Below, piece by piece: positions 42,291 through 55,980 of a stretch of DNA of 64,000 nucleotides; the first letter of the stretch is position 1; every line of letters starts with the position of its first letter. Source of the stretch: the human T2T-CHM13v2.0 reference genome, Homo sapiens; NCBI RefSeq assembly GCF_009914755.1, contig NC_060926.1, one strand, 5' to 3'. The notes under the pieces were generated by a model. That model was given only the letters and a program-made list of their open reading frames with translations, was not told the origin of the DNA and ran no database searches. Position numbers and translations under genes: made by a program.

Positions 42291-45254
42291 ATAATCTTAT
42301 TGATGATCTTTTTATGTGATGAATCACTTTTCTATTGCAACTTTCAAGACTCTGTGTTTGGCTTTTGACAGTTTGATTATATTGTGTCTCAGTGTGGATC
42401 TTTTTGAGTTCATCCTACTTGGAGTTACTGAGTTTCTTGAATATTTTTACTTATGTCTTTTATCAAATTTGTAAAGACTTTGGCCATCAATTCTCTTAAT
42501 AATCTATCTTTCCTGTTTTCTCTTCTGTTTCTTAGCCTACCACCACACGTGTTGTTCTGCTCAACAGTGTTCCAGAAGTCCCTTAAGCTCTGTTCACTTT
42601 TCTTCAATCATTTTACTTTCTGTTCCTCAGATTCAATGATTTCCTTTGTCCTATTTCAAATTTGTTGATTCTTCTTCGTTCTCAAATCAGCCTTTGAATC
42701 TCTCTAGTGAATTTTTTATTTCAGTTATAACACTTTTTAGCATCAAATTTATTGTTTCTTCATAGGTTTTCTATATGTTTGCAAATATTTCTATTTTGTC
42801 CTTATGTCATTTTCTTGGCTTTTTCTGCATCTTTTGTTAGCTCTTTCAGTATCTTTAAGATAATTGTTTTTGTTTAGTAGATCTGACATCAGGTCTTTTT
42901 CAGGAGCTGCTTCTTTTTTTCCCATTAAAATGGGCCACACATTCCTTTTCTTTTGTATGTCTCTTGATTTTTTTTGTTAAAAATGGACATTTGAAGCTAA
43001 TGATTTGATAACACTGGAAATTAGGTTCTCTCCCTTCCCTGGGGTTTACTGGGCTTTTGTTTTTGGTTTTGTTTTTTTGTTGTTGTTGTTGCTTACTGTT
43101 TTTGTTTTTTTAATTGTTGTAGGCTGTCTCAGTGCTGAGGGTTAGCCTGAGCTTAAGGTTAGGCTAACCTGACCTTAAGGTAAACTTAAGGTCTTCTCAG
43201 GTCTTTCTGAGCCTGTGCCTTTCCCTGGGCATACATAGTCACCTTCCAATATCCCCCATATATGCAGTCACTTCGGAATGTCCCAGTCTCTAATGGATGG
43301 CTCCCAAAAGGGGAAAAGATAAAAATTAAGGAGAAGAAAAAGAATGCTGGGTTTTTAAGTACCCTGGAAGTCACCTCAGCGAGAGAGGGGCTAGCAATAA
43401 TGAGGGTGGGGCAATAGCAATGGCCACCTGCCTCTTTGTCTGTACTTCTGTGATGAGAAGCAGCAATTAATAATCACAGCACAAATACTTGGAGGACTGG
43501 GTCCTTATTGCCCACCCTGGCTCCCACAAGCTGTATGCAGTCTTCTTCAGGTCATGGGCACAGCTGCCTGCCACAGGGCTGGGGCGGTCAATAGGTAGTT
43601 ACTACTGTGCTGAGTCTAAGTTGACCAAAACTAACTGAAATTTACTTCTAAGACATTCCCTGGAAGTTGCAAGCCTTCAATAGACTCCAGAATTCCAAAA
43701 TAGTTACATCAGGCAGATTCTGCCAGTGCAGTTGTTGTCTGGATGGGTAAACAGATTCCTGGAGCTTCCTATTTCAGCATCTTGCCAGAATCTTCCCCTA
43801 TGTGTATTTATTTTATCACATCTTGAGATAGTTTTTGTTTCAGAACTTTGCTATCCACTATGCTGAGTAGAACTTCAAGAGCTGTCCCTGTGTCTAATAG
43901 ACTAGAAGTGGTAGATTTCAGCCTGGGAGTACACACTGCGGTCACAACCATCCATATGGCAGGAAGTAGTCTACTGAGTTTTTGGCGGCCATGATTCTTT
44001 GGCATTTCTGGTTTGGTGGTCGTTGATTCCTAAATATTAAAGTGGTTCCCAGCATGTATCAGTTGTTTGTTTGCTAAATGACCTTAAATGTTCTGATACT
44101 TGCAGAAATGAAAAAAGCTAGTTTCTCTGTCAATAAGACTCTGATCTGAATGTGAATAAATATGCATGAGCAGTAACTTAATGCACATCTGGAAAATATG
44201 CTTTGTTAGAAATCTATCACTATTTTTTTTAATTTGGAGAGTTTTTCTCAAGAACAATAGAATGTAATAAAATTTAAGGAAGTGCATTTTACAAAAAGTA
44301 TCAAAGACTTTATTAAACATCAACTCTTTACTTGAAGAAATAATGTTGTTTAAAAAAATCAATCTTGTGAATTGTCTCCTGGGAAGTTTGTCAGTGATTT
44401 CTTTCTTTCTTGTTCTTTTTTGTCCTTATATAAAGTAACCAAGCTTTATTCCTATAAGCTGTAAATTTTAACAGAAAGCAGATTCACATGTATTTATTAA
44501 CATTCCTAAATTCTCAACACCACTTATTAATCCCTTAAAAACGATTGCTTCTTTATATGAAGATAATGGTAGTCATAAAGACATACATTATAGTTTCATT
44601 ATGATGTTTGTGCTTTGTCTCAAGTTTCTTCTGAAATGCCTCCACTGAGTTAGGTGATAATGACAGCACTCAGACACACAGCCCAGAGGAAGGGGACAAA
44701 GGAATCCCAGGAAAGAAGTAGGAAAAGGTATTTGGTTAGAATTTAAAGTCAAGTGGAGGAATCAGTGAACCAGAAAACAGACAGGGGAGGCTGCTTGTTC
44801 ATCTGGAGCTTACAGCAGCAGCAGGAGTTGGAATTCACAAAGCAAATGGCTGAGATGGGGGTGCCGGAGCACAGGAGTGACAGACCAGGGTAGGATGCAG
44901 CAGCCTCTACTCTGGGAAGAGGGTCCCAGCCACTACTGGGCACCATCTCCTTTTGAGGGGTGGACCCACGCAGCATTTAAGGAGGAAGCCCAGTAGATCT
45001 GGTTAATTAACGTGGTAATGGGACTCCCTAGAATTTAAGTCCAAAGCATGGTGTGATTTTCTTTGTTGAGCTACCATATATTGAAGTTCAGGAAAGAAAC
45101 CACCCAGTTGATATAGCAATAGTATACAAAACCTGCTGGATTATGAGAAATTTCCAACATTCTTTATTATGTAAGCAAACACTTTTAATGCTTAACTGTG
45201 ATAGGTTTGGAACTTTTTTTTCCAAGTTGTTACACAGAAGGAAAGCAAGAAAGA

Positions 45255-45700
45255 AAGCATGAAGGCCAATTAGAAGGATCATTCAATATTTCTCAGAAAA
45301 GAGAATGATGGCTTAGACCAGTGGTGATGTTCAAAATCTTACAAAGGTAGAAGACTAGCAACATTTGTGACTGAATTGGATACGGAAGTGTGTGAGAGAG
45401 AGGAGCCAAAGGTGACTTGATTCTTCCTTTTCTGGGCAAATGGAGGAAGGGAGATTGTATTTATGAAGATGGAGGTCTGTGGGAGGTTTTGTGGGGAAAG
45501 ATTGGGGGAGTTCAATTTTGGACATGTTAACTTTGAGATCTCTGTTAGATGTAGAGATCTACAAGTCTTTACAAGTAGAGATGTCAAGAAAGCATTTGGA
45601 TATAAAACCCTAGAATCCAAAAGGTAAAGAATTGGTTTGGTAGTTGTTGGTATGTAGATAGAATTTCAAGCTATGAGACTGGATTTGAGCATCTGAAAAA
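45255..45700 (-). mobile_element. L2 fragment
   Basis: gagttcaattttggacatgttaactttgagat L2 motif. Confidence 0.75.
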
Positions 45701-45869
45701 ATACTCAATATCTGAAATGTCTGTTAAGTAGATCCAGAAAAAATGAAAGGACGTATTAACTAAAACATCAGTATTCAAGGAACAATAAAGATAGAATTTA
45801 TAACTGGGCTTCTGAGAGAGGTGGACAGATTTACAGAAGACTGAAGCTGGGAAACACCTAACCCCAGCT

Positions 45870-45992
45870 AAGACACACCATGATTGTCTAATTTATGCCT
45901 GTACCCCGTATAGGTGTCAGAGTGCCTGAAACATCATAGATGGCCATTCAATATCTGACAAATGATAAATGAATGGATGAATAAATGAAGGA
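45870..45992 (+). mobile_element. L2 3' end
   Basis: agtgcctgaaacatcatagatggccattcaata...aatgaatggatgaataaatgaa. Confidence 0.65.
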
Positions 45993-48440
45993 AAGAAAGC
46001 TTGGTGGAAGGGCAGTCAGGCTTCCTGGAGATGGGGCTGGGCTGCGGGGGGTACTATGTAGCAATTGGGTGTCCCTGGGTCTTCCCACACTGGCTGTTTT
46101 CTTGGTTATGTATGACTATTCCTTAGGCTATGACTCTTTGACTTTCTTGCCTGTGGTATGAAAATTACGCTTACTATCTACCTTTTCTTTTACAATAGGG
46201 ATTCACGGATGAGTGCTTAGGAATCACTAGGCTGAGAAAGGGAAGGGTGAATAAACCAGAAACCCCCTAGAGAAGCTCAGGGAAAGTCATTATTGTAGGG
46301 TTTACTACAGTCACATTCTTTTATCTTGCAGCACAAGTTCTTGGCATAGAATACCAATGAGCTGAGGCACATTACTAATTTGCCAGATCGACATAGCCTC
46401 TAGGGAGAAAAGCAAAAAAGCATTCCTATTAACTTCAGCATTGGGATAATTTGAATCTCTCTTCTAAGACATCTTGTCTCTTTTTTGGTTAATTACTGTG
46501 GCAAACCTTATTTTCTCTTTAAATTAAGCCATGAGATGCCTTTAATTCAACTAGGCTGCTACTAAAATGTGGTTTTCATGGGAAGGAATTAGGAGTCTTT
46601 CTTTTGAGAAAAAACATATATCATGTTGACTGTTGTCTCTTTGCCACTGATGTTGGAGAGGATGACCTTATGTCACTAGCCCACACCTGTGGAATAAGAC
46701 GCTCATTTACAAACCTGCTCCGAAGAAGAAGGTAAGGATGCTGTTCCTGCACAGTCATGAACGGCTGCTGTTCCTCTTGAAAACCACAACCTCTTTCTCT
46801 AGTAGCATGAAGTGAGTGCTGTTTGGGAATCTCTTTTAACTTAGAGAGCTCTCAGGCACAGTATTGGCCTGGGCAGATTTCTGTGGTTGCTGCTCAGCAA
46901 AGAATAGACAGGTCTCACACTTGTGGAGCAAGCATTGTATGATGGCTGCCTCCCAAGCACTTTATCCAGGTCCACTCATCAAACACCACAACCCAAAAGA
47001 TTGGGGCTATGAATATACCCTCACTGTAATAAAAACAAGAGAATAAGGGAGTTTCAGCAATTTACCAGCTGACATGCTGCTAGTGGGGAGTAGGACTGGA
47101 CCATAATCTTACCATCACTGCAGTTTTGTCCTTCCATGATCTCTAATTGAACGGTTCATTTGTTCTGTCATTTCAACTGTACTATAAGCTTCTAGAGGTC
47201 AGGAATGTTTTCATGGTGCTCATTCCAGGGCTGCGGGAAACCCCAGTGCTAAAGCCAAGCCCCACAGCTGACTGCTGAGCCTGTCCTGTGTACCAGGCTT
47301 TGGGCAGGCATCCCACCCTGTGCCCCATTCCCAATGTAACGTATATGCACTGTCCTTTCTTAAGGAAATGCTGATGGTACTACAATTCCTTTCTCTCCTC
47401 TAGAGAGAGCATTCCCCAAGAGTAGGAACCATTGCTTTCCATCTACCAGCCCACCTCTTCTCCTAACTGACTCTGGGTGGTTAACAGACATGCCACTCTT
47501 CAGGGTGCTGTATATACTGTGTACTCTTACTTCCCCTGGATCCATGTTATTAACTAGTGTGGGGTAAACAAGAGAGAGAGAACAAGCACTGGTGTCCATT
47601 GGGCAACTATTTGCACACACTTGTATCTCTCCTATGAGATGCCCAAAGAGCAGAGATCTTGTGTTTCTCTTCTTTGAATGCCGCATCTGCTAGAATAGTA
47701 CCTGATACACAGTACATGCTATTTGAAGGCATCACACCAAAATCCAGATAAAATTCTTCGGATGAATTCAGTGCTGATTATTTTCCTTTTCTGATATTTT
47801 ATTTCTCCACTGTGAGTGACGAAAACTAGTATCCTATTCAAGAATTATTTTAAGAGTGTAGTTAGAATGAAATGATCAAAAATGAATTCAAGACTGATGG
47901 TCTTAATCGGGGCACATTTCATAAACAAGAGCAAATAAAATCTCCATGGCAATTTTAATATTTTTTCTCCTATTGTTAAAAATTGTGGCATGTCTTAATA
48001 GGCATGCATAGATGCAATAAGTGCTCATATGTATGCAAAGCTTGCTCTGATAATTATATATTACTGAGTCACAGTGATTAGTGAAATGCACAGAAAGAAC
48101 ACTAAGAACAATGCTATTTCATAAGAGACTAAAGCTGCTGAACTTTTGCTATAGAACTTCTGATAAATGATGAATGATATGAATAGAATTGTAGCAATAA
48201 ACTAAGCCGAGATTCTAGTTTGAGTCTTATTTTAAAACTCAATACATGACAAAAAGCACACATTGTGTACCTTTTGTGTGCCAGGCACTGAAGATACAAA
48301 GTCAATGAAACACACAAAAGCTAATAAAAAACTCAGAATGCTTAGATCTTTGACTTTCCATGATCAGGTTGGAGTTATGTAAAATAAAAGAGATAACTGT
48401 TAGAGCACAGCTCCTTTAGAAACAGCCAGGGCAGTGGTAT

Positions 48441-48735
48441 TGTCTTAGTCTGTTTTGGAATGCTATTACAAAATATCATAAACCAGGTAACTTACAAACA
48501 ATAGAAATTTATTTCTTACAGTTTTGGAGGCTGGAAAGTCTAAAAACAAGGTGCCAATAGATTTGGTATCTGGTGAGGGCCCATTTCCTGGCTCACTGAA
48601 GGCATTTTCTCGCTGTGTCCTCACATTGTGGAAGGGGCAGGGGGTCTTTCTTAGGCCTCTTTTATAAGGTCCTTAATCCTGTTCACACTGATAATTAGGA
48701 ATTTGTGGGAAGGTACAAACATTCAGGCCACAGCA
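48441..48735 (-). mobile_element. MLT1A-like LTR (internally deleted)
   Basis: tgtcttagtctgttt...aaacattcaggccacagca; TSD ggtat / ggcat. Confidence 0.85.
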
Positions 48736-48927
48736 GGCATTTATATGCAAGTAAAGGAGTCAATTTCAATTTATTTCTGATACTCGGCTTTGTAGGAACT
48801 GGGAGATAATTCTCCAGGGGCAAGGATCTTTTCAAATGTTCTTTAAAAACATGGAGGAAAAAACAAATGAACATTTATTGAGCATCTACTATTGCATAGA
48901 CAAATAGCTCACAAATGCTGGTGATAA

Positions 48928-49060
48928 AGATCACTAAAAGACTTGTTAACAATACAGATTTCTGGGTTCCACAGCCAGAGGTTCTGACTCAGGAGGTCTA
49001 GGAATGTGGCCTAAGAACCTGTATTATAATGTAAGTGGCCTGAGGGCGGCATTATGAAAA
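48928..49060. mobile_element. MER5A fragment
   Basis: cttgttaacaatacagatttctggg...ccagaggttctgactcaggaggtct. Confidence 0.65.
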
Positions 49061-50044
49061 AATAGATGTTGGTGGAGATGAGAAAGATGAATCTGAAGCA
49101 AATGTCTGCTATTTCTGGGCTCTATGAAGCTTGGCTGAGATCAACAAAATGTGGCTTTTCATTACAAACTAGATAGATGTCTGGTCACAGACTTCTGTTT
49201 CTGGCAATATGGGGAAATAGGTACCCTGGGAACTCTCACTCTACAAAATGCCTCTAAATACTAGGTAAAATAGAACAAACACCACCTACTAATCTTTTAT
49301 ATGAATATTTAGCTATTCTCAGTATTGTGTAATACGAATGCAGCTTCCAACCTGATTACGGCTCCCAAGCCATTCTTACTTTAAAAATTTAGAGATTCTG
49401 GAACTACCCGTAGTAGGCCTTTTTGCCTGACTTGACTGACGTACTGACTGGCTTGGTTCTACCTCAGATGTCACCTCTGACTGTCTCCCACACTCCTTCA
49501 CTGAGCTTACATGGGTCTTGTTCTGACTTTAGTCAAAGAACAAACATAAGTTTGTCCCAAGAGAGTGGCTCCCGAGTCTCTAGGTTCCCACAGCTTAGTT
49601 ATTTACTTTTTAAACTATTTTCTCCGACATCCCTGCTACTTCTTTATGATTCTGTTTATTCCCAAACCTAGTTTCCTCATCCCCTCAGCTACCAGATGTC
49701 TGCTTTAGATGAAGATCAACTGTTAGAAATGACTACTGCCTCACCCCTAACTGGCTCTGCCATTGGATCCTACCATAGGTGCTTTTGCTGTGGTGTTCCC
49801 AGGCCCTCTCCTGAGTGACAGGTTCAATTCCATGTCTGCTCCTTTAACCAAAACTCTCCCCATCTGGGTCCCCAGCTAGTCTTAAGTTATCCATTCAAGC
49901 ATGATGGAAGCACACCCTTTTCACCCTTTGAAGGGTGAATTCAGACCAGTGGTATTTTCAAATGAATATGGTCTCTTTAAGATAACAATAACAGTCACAT
50001 TTACTGAACATACAGAGAACACATACACATACACTGAACACATA

Positions 50045-50613
50045 TGGAGAGGTCCAGAATACGCCACTTCAAAATATGCTACTTTGGCATGAGGATTATT
50101 GTGAGCTAAAGGCAGTTGAGAATCAACACACCTAAGAAAGGTTCTCTGCCTTCCCCTTTTCTGCCTAAAAGCAGAGCCTAAATTTCCCTTTGTGCAAGTG
50201 ACCTAAAATACCCCCAACCCCGGTCCCCACACCAGGATGGGGAGAGCGACTCTTATCACCACAGACAGAGAACTAGAGCTAGGTTTACATAACTGAACCT
50301 TACTAAAATAACTCTTATCTTCCATTAGTTTTCCCCCACATATTTCCTAGTTCTCTTCCCATAATTTATTGAGCCTAGAAGCCCAAACCCTCCTTCCTTT
50401 TTCTAGTCACTTCTCCACAATTTCTAACCCTTTCTTAAAATTTTATAGTAGCCCTCAAGTCTAACATTCTTTGGGTTTTTACTTCTTTTCTGTGAAGCCT
50501 CTCTGCACATAACAATATTACAAATATTGTATGTCTTTTATTAATCTTTTGTCAGTTAATTTACAGTCTACAGGTTTGAACCTAAGATGGCAGAGAAAAA
50601 GCTTTTCCCCATT
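50045..50613 (+). mobile_element. MER34/MER39-like LTR inserted in a MIR
   Basis: ccagaatacgccacttcaaaatatgctactttggcat...gaacctaagatggcagagaaaaag. Confidence 0.78.
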
Positions 50614-50939
50614 ATATGTATTGCGTATCAGGCACTGTGCTCAATATGGGCTAGATTTTATTTTAGCCATTCCTCACATAGCCATGTAAGGCATTTCTGC
50701 TATTAACCCCCATGGTTTTGAGACTCAGGAGCTTAACTGCTTTGCCTGAGATCAACAAGAAAGTAAACTGAAGAAATACCCAATAGAGGAGCTTTGGGTA
50801 ATGGAGCACAAAGGGGCTGTGTGGAGGAGAGAGAGGCCATACAATTATTGGTAAAATTGTAATTAAATGCATATTTATAAGTTCAGTCTTGATTAGTGGC
50901 CTAGGGAATTGGGAAACTGGGAAAACAGAAGGGGACAAT

Positions 50940-52900
50940 CAGTGTATTATTTAGAGTAATGTTAGTTGGTTAGTTGGACTAATACATCAACCCCAAAATA
51001 CACATTAGATTAAGACAAGCTTGTTTCCTGCTCATATTGCAGTTCTTAGTAGTTCAGGTCATTTGGGGAGTTTGGCTCCATGCAGCCATTCAGGAAAGAA
51101 CCTGGAGCCTCATCACACATGAGAAGTGTTTATAGACCAGCCCAGTAATTGGTACCTATCACTTTCAGTCACATTCCATTGGCTAAAACTCAGTCATGTT
51201 GCCCCATCTAATTGTAAAGGAGACTGGGAGATACTGTCTAGCTGAGTATACAAAAGGCAGAATAGAACATGAAGTCTGGGGTGATGCCAGCAGTCTCGGT
51301 CCTAGTCCATCATTCTGCTAGCTCCCCAAATATCCATTCATATCCTTTTGTCCACCTCTGCTCACATTCTACTGGCTAAACACAGTCATGTGACTACTGA
51401 CAGTTGCAAGGAAGGCTGGGAAATGAAGGCTTTCTGTGTACCTTGAGTCAAGGCTCCTGGGAAGAAGGTAGAGAAGATATCTTCTTCTCTCCCTAGAGGA
51501 GACAATTTAAGACCTATCCTGATACCACATCAAGTTTAAAGTCCAGGTTCTCCTGGTTATGTGCAGTCTACTCTATCAGGTCTGAGGGTAGCTTTGTATG
51601 GTTTGACAAACTAAAAGACAAGTTATCCTCTTCCTATCCTGCCAGGCATCCTCCATTACACTCACTCCTAATGCTGAAGCAGGAATAAGGTAATCACAAC
51701 AAAAATGTCTCTATTGAAAAAGGGAATGAATGGTTTTGCACACACAGCAGTCGTTGGTCCGTAGCAATAATAAAATCCTTACAGGCAGGAATTGCAAGCC
51801 TCTGCCCTGGCATGGGGCAAAGTTCTTGATGTAATCCTGTTTCTATGTAGCCTAGAGGGAACTTCCCTATCCATCAATTTTTGTGCTTCTGTCCTCTGGG
51901 AGGGCTTTCTTGTTCATTATTTTATGTGTTCACAGCAGAAGGGAACTTCAGAGTATTAGAGAGGATATCCTCTTAGGGACCATGAACTTTCACCGCCCAC
52001 TTTCTGCTCATGTGAGTTTGAGGAGCCAAGGTTGCAGTAAGACTCAAACCATCACAGGCGTTTGTTTTTGTTTTCATTTTGTCCGGCCTTCTTGGCAAGG
52101 TAATTCTTTCAAACATCAGAAGGCTTCTGTCTAATCTGTGTGATTCCACTCTGTTCTGTGCAGGAATATAAGACTTTTCCTAGATGTAATTTTCAAGTCT
52201 GAATTTATTTTCTTCCTGGACTCCATTATAGCCTCAATGTAATGGCAGCTGCTCTGAGGCCATTTGAACCACTGGTAAGGGTAGGGGAGAAAAAGCTCCA
52301 CCCTTGATCTGATACTTGCCACAGGACAAGCCACTTAACTGAGAAAATTTAATGGGTCATTATTGCTGGAAGCCTTTTTTAGTCTTTTTCCTAAAAATGT
52401 GTGGTCTAGCTATTTTCTGCCCGTTTTAACCCTGCTAGACCCTAAATTTATGCACCATCTCTATTCTCTCTCTTTTTGATTTTTTTTTTTTTTTTTTTTT
52501 GCTTACAAACTTGCCAGAATTTCCCAAATTCATCTCTTTCTTGCATCATGTTAAATGCACCAGCAGGCAGCATTTTAGCTGGTTTCCCTCCTTTCCAAGT
52601 TGTGTTAAGCAACCATTTTACCAAAGTTTTTGTCTGACCTAACGGGGATGTGGATCGCTGTAGAGCTCAGGCTGATGGAAGGTCTGTCATTTTCAAAGAG
52701 TGGCTTCCCAAGGTCACATGGCCTTTGTCACTTGGTTGCAGAAGGGGAAAGAACGTGGACATGCAATATGGCAGGTTTGCAGAGGCTATGGGCGGATATG
52801 GTGTGCACCATCTCTGCTCACATTCTATTGGCTAAACTCAGTCATGTGACTACTGACAGTTGCAAGGAAGGCTGGGAAATGAAGTCTTTGCGTGTATCTT
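50940..52900 (-). mobile_element. Old MLT1 LTR (~50940-51305), MLT-internal sequence and a second MLT1K-like LTR piece (~52620-52900)
   Basis: cacattccattggctaaaactcagtcatg...aaggagactggga LTR motif; ccaaatatcc...aaagtccagg internal motif. Confidence 0.65.
51352..51463 (+). repeat. Local direct duplication of 52808-52919
   Basis: 112 bp with 7 mismatches and no gaps, aligned by eye. Confidence 0.92.
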
Positions 52901-55197
52901 GAGTCAAGGCTCCTGGGAAACTACTCATGCCCAGTAACTTCCCACTCACTCTTGTAAAACCCGAGGCTGACTGCTTTTTAGCCCCAGGAACACATCCTTC
53001 TATTGGAGGATTCTCTCCATCCTTGCCCATTCCCCAGTCTGAATATCTCATACTGACCTACTTGCTGGCCTCAGACATGTGAAACTGTATGAGAGCTCTG
53101 AGGTCTCACAACCCAGATTACCCAAAGTTCCCATACAATCCCCTCCACCCAGCATTTTCCTTCCTGTAGGATGTAACACCTTGCAAATAAAGACTGACAC
53201 ATATGTTTTAGCCTCAGAATAAAATTATTTTGTACTCCGAAAGAAAATAACCTGGATTTTGCAGAGCACTAACAATGCTGACCACAATTAGAAAGAGAAG
53301 CTTGTTCTCAACACTTTTGGGTAGGGCACAGGATATCAAAGAAGATATTTTTGATCTCCTGTAGCCTTGGAGTTTTGCTTTTGTTATTTTTCTTTGTGGG
53401 GTAAGGACTGGGAAGGGGAGGCTTTTCTCCATCAAGGCTGTTCACATATATCCAGGTATTCCTCTCTGCCATTGAAGTACTGCCTGCAAATAAAGCTTGG
53501 GGAATATAATACACTATCTTCTCACTCCTTTGGGAAAGGAATTATAGACTTGACATTTGGGCTCATGAAGTTTTTAATTTCAAATGCTGCCTTTTAGAAA
53601 CTCCAGGGTCAGCTGTCCATGTCACTATTATGCTAAGTCCCCCAGGAGCTGTAGCAGTAGATTAACTCTTAACCTTCCCAGAGCTCCTTTCCACTGCCAC
53701 TAGCTAGCAAAGATATAAATCAAAATGTCAAGGCTTGATCCTGCATACACATCCCATTAGCACCTGCATCCTTCTTGATAAGCATTTAATTGAGCACAAT
53801 AAATGGTTTAGCACTGAATCATGGCAGATTGTACACTTGGGGTCTCCTGTAAGGTATCTGAGGAGGGAAGGAGCATGGGCAAGGCATGGGTAGTGGTTAC
53901 AAGCCTGAAAGATCTTCAGTCACTTCTCAGTAATGTGCTAGAATCCACTGCCAGACTCTCACTTAAGGAGGAAACATCAAATCCAAATGGAGATTTGGGT
54001 GAATCATCTAGGCTTCTTTTGGTTGTAAGAATAAAGCTTCAGTAACAAAAAATTAATTTGTGGCCTTTCCTTTAAATGCAAAATGTCTTTCATCAACAAA
54101 AAAATAAGGTTAGAAAAATGCATGACTTGGACATAGGCACAACTATTCATGCTCCATTGGCATCAGGAGTCCCATAACCAACGTCCAAGGTCAATGAGGT
54201 GGAAATGGGGAGCCAATATTTTGTTGGCGGTTTATGGGAGGTTCCTTGATCCATGTATTCTAGTTACAGGCAAAAATGACAATATATATTGGTCTCTGGT
54301 CACATTGCTGTTAGCTTGTTGATGCTACAATTTGTAGTGATAAGGTGTATGGTAAAACCAGTGGATTCCATAGGTATAAGCTCATCACACACTTCCTGCA
54401 TTATAAAATGAGTTACCTGGTCAGACTTGTCCTGTGGATGGATGAGGATGAGGCCTTCTAAAAGTCCAATAGAGGCACCAGCAGAGGTATTTCAGGCAGG
54501 GAATGTGAATCCATATTCAGAGGAAGTGATAATTCCAGGGAAGGCACATACCTTCTTCTGCCCCTACCTCTTGTGATGGGGGAGGGGGTCCAATATATCC
54601 AACCAGCTGGCCAGCTGACTGCCAGAAAGAAAGCTGCTAAATTAGAGGGCTTGGTGTCACCCTCTGCTGTGGTCAGGGTCAGCACTCAGTAGATGCTATG
54701 GCCAGGTCAGCCTTGGTGGAGGAAAGCTCGTATTTTTGAGCTCACACTTGACCATCAAACCTGCCAGTATGATCACTTCGCATGCAAGTCTAGTGGGCCC
54801 ACTTTGGGGAGGTGGCAAAAAGAGTGACTGATAGCCACTCATCAGGCTACCTTATTCTGCTGTTTGATAAGAGCCACCTCTACCATAGTTGGGAAGAATT
54901 TCCGAGGTTCCCAAGTCCTCATGCTCTGACTTCAGAAAGGTCCATTCAAACACTGTTTTCCCAGAGCATTGATTTTTCACTTCCAAGTCCCTGAACATCC
55001 AGTGATGCCATTGGGCGTGACCTCTCACTCAATGTGGTTCCATACCTCTGGCCCCTCTCCTTGCAGGTATAGTGAACAAACCTGGGAGGACCCCCCTTTC
55101 CACTGCCCTTGAGGTCACTCCCCTGTGGTGCTGTAGAGCTGCAGCTGCTGGCTTTCAAAGATGCCAGCAGAACCATATGAAAATGAAGTCAAGGTTT

Positions 55198-55433
55198 TTT
55201 CTTCTTCTTCTTGTTCTTCTTGTTCTTCTTCTTCTTCTTCTTCTTTTCTTCTTCTTCTTCTTCTTCTTCTTCTTCTTCTTCTTCTTCTTCTTCTTCTTCT
55301 TCTTCTTCTTCTTCTTCTTCTTCTTCTTCTTCTTCTTTCTTCTTCTTTCTTCTTCTTTCTTCTTCTTCTTTCTTCTTCTTTCTTCTTCTTTCTTCTTCTT
55401 CTTTCTTCTTCTTTCTTCTTCTTCTTCTTCTTT
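55198..55433. repeat. (TTC/GAA)n tract of ~235 bp with 30 uninterrupted units (55246-55335)
   Basis: Counted directly. Confidence 0.97.
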
Positions 55434-55637
55434 CCCCTGGTCACTGGGAACTTCCTGTTGGGCCACAGGTGTGAGTTGTGGTAAAGGTATCAGTGCAAGA
55501 GAAGGAGGTGCACAGAAGTTGAAGCCACTTGTTTAAGCAACTTACTTGTGCCTTTAAGCCCAATTTCCCACATAGCAGTTCAACTTGATGATGGACAGCA
55601 GCTACCATGCCCAGCTTTGTGGCTCAGTGACTTACAG

Positions 55638-55980
55638 CAGGGCTTCCCAATCCCTGGGCCATGGACTGGTACTGGTCTGTGGCCTGTTAGGAACCAGGTC
55701 TCACAGCAGGAGGTGAGTGGTGGGTGAGTGAGCATTATCACCTGAGCTCTGCCTCCTGTCAGACCAGCATCATCACTAAATTCTCATAGGAGCAGGAACC
55801 CTATTGTGAACCATGCAAGCGAGGGATCTAGGTTGTGCGCCCCTTACGAGAATCTAATGCCTGATGATCTGAGGTGAAACAGTTTGATCCTGAAACCATC
55901 CTACCCCCTCTCAACCACTGTTTGTGGGAAAATTGTTCAACAAAACCAGTCCCTGGTGCCAAAAATGTTGGGGACCACTG
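55638..55980. mobile_element. MER1B hAT element
   Basis: cagggcttcccaa...ggtgccaaaaatgttggggaccactg; degenerate 8-bp TSD acttacag / acttaggc. Confidence 0.9.

Larger units (their letters stand above)
40958..43797 (-). mobile_element. L1MD/L1M4-like 5' UTR, ORF1 and ORF2 start (degraded)
   Basis: 5' end (reverse complement) gattctggcaagatg...ggagtctattgaaggcttgc; ORF1-like KKSEQSLRDFWNT (42425-42607); ORF2-start-like ATG at 40985. Confidence 0.8.

Noticed and set aside
44700-45000. Possible LTR16-like fragment
   Set aside because: Similarity too weak to call from memory.
55072-55536. Long poly-Phe/Leu/Ser/Arg/Lys ORFs
   Set aside because: Stop-free readings of the TTC/GAA microsatellite.
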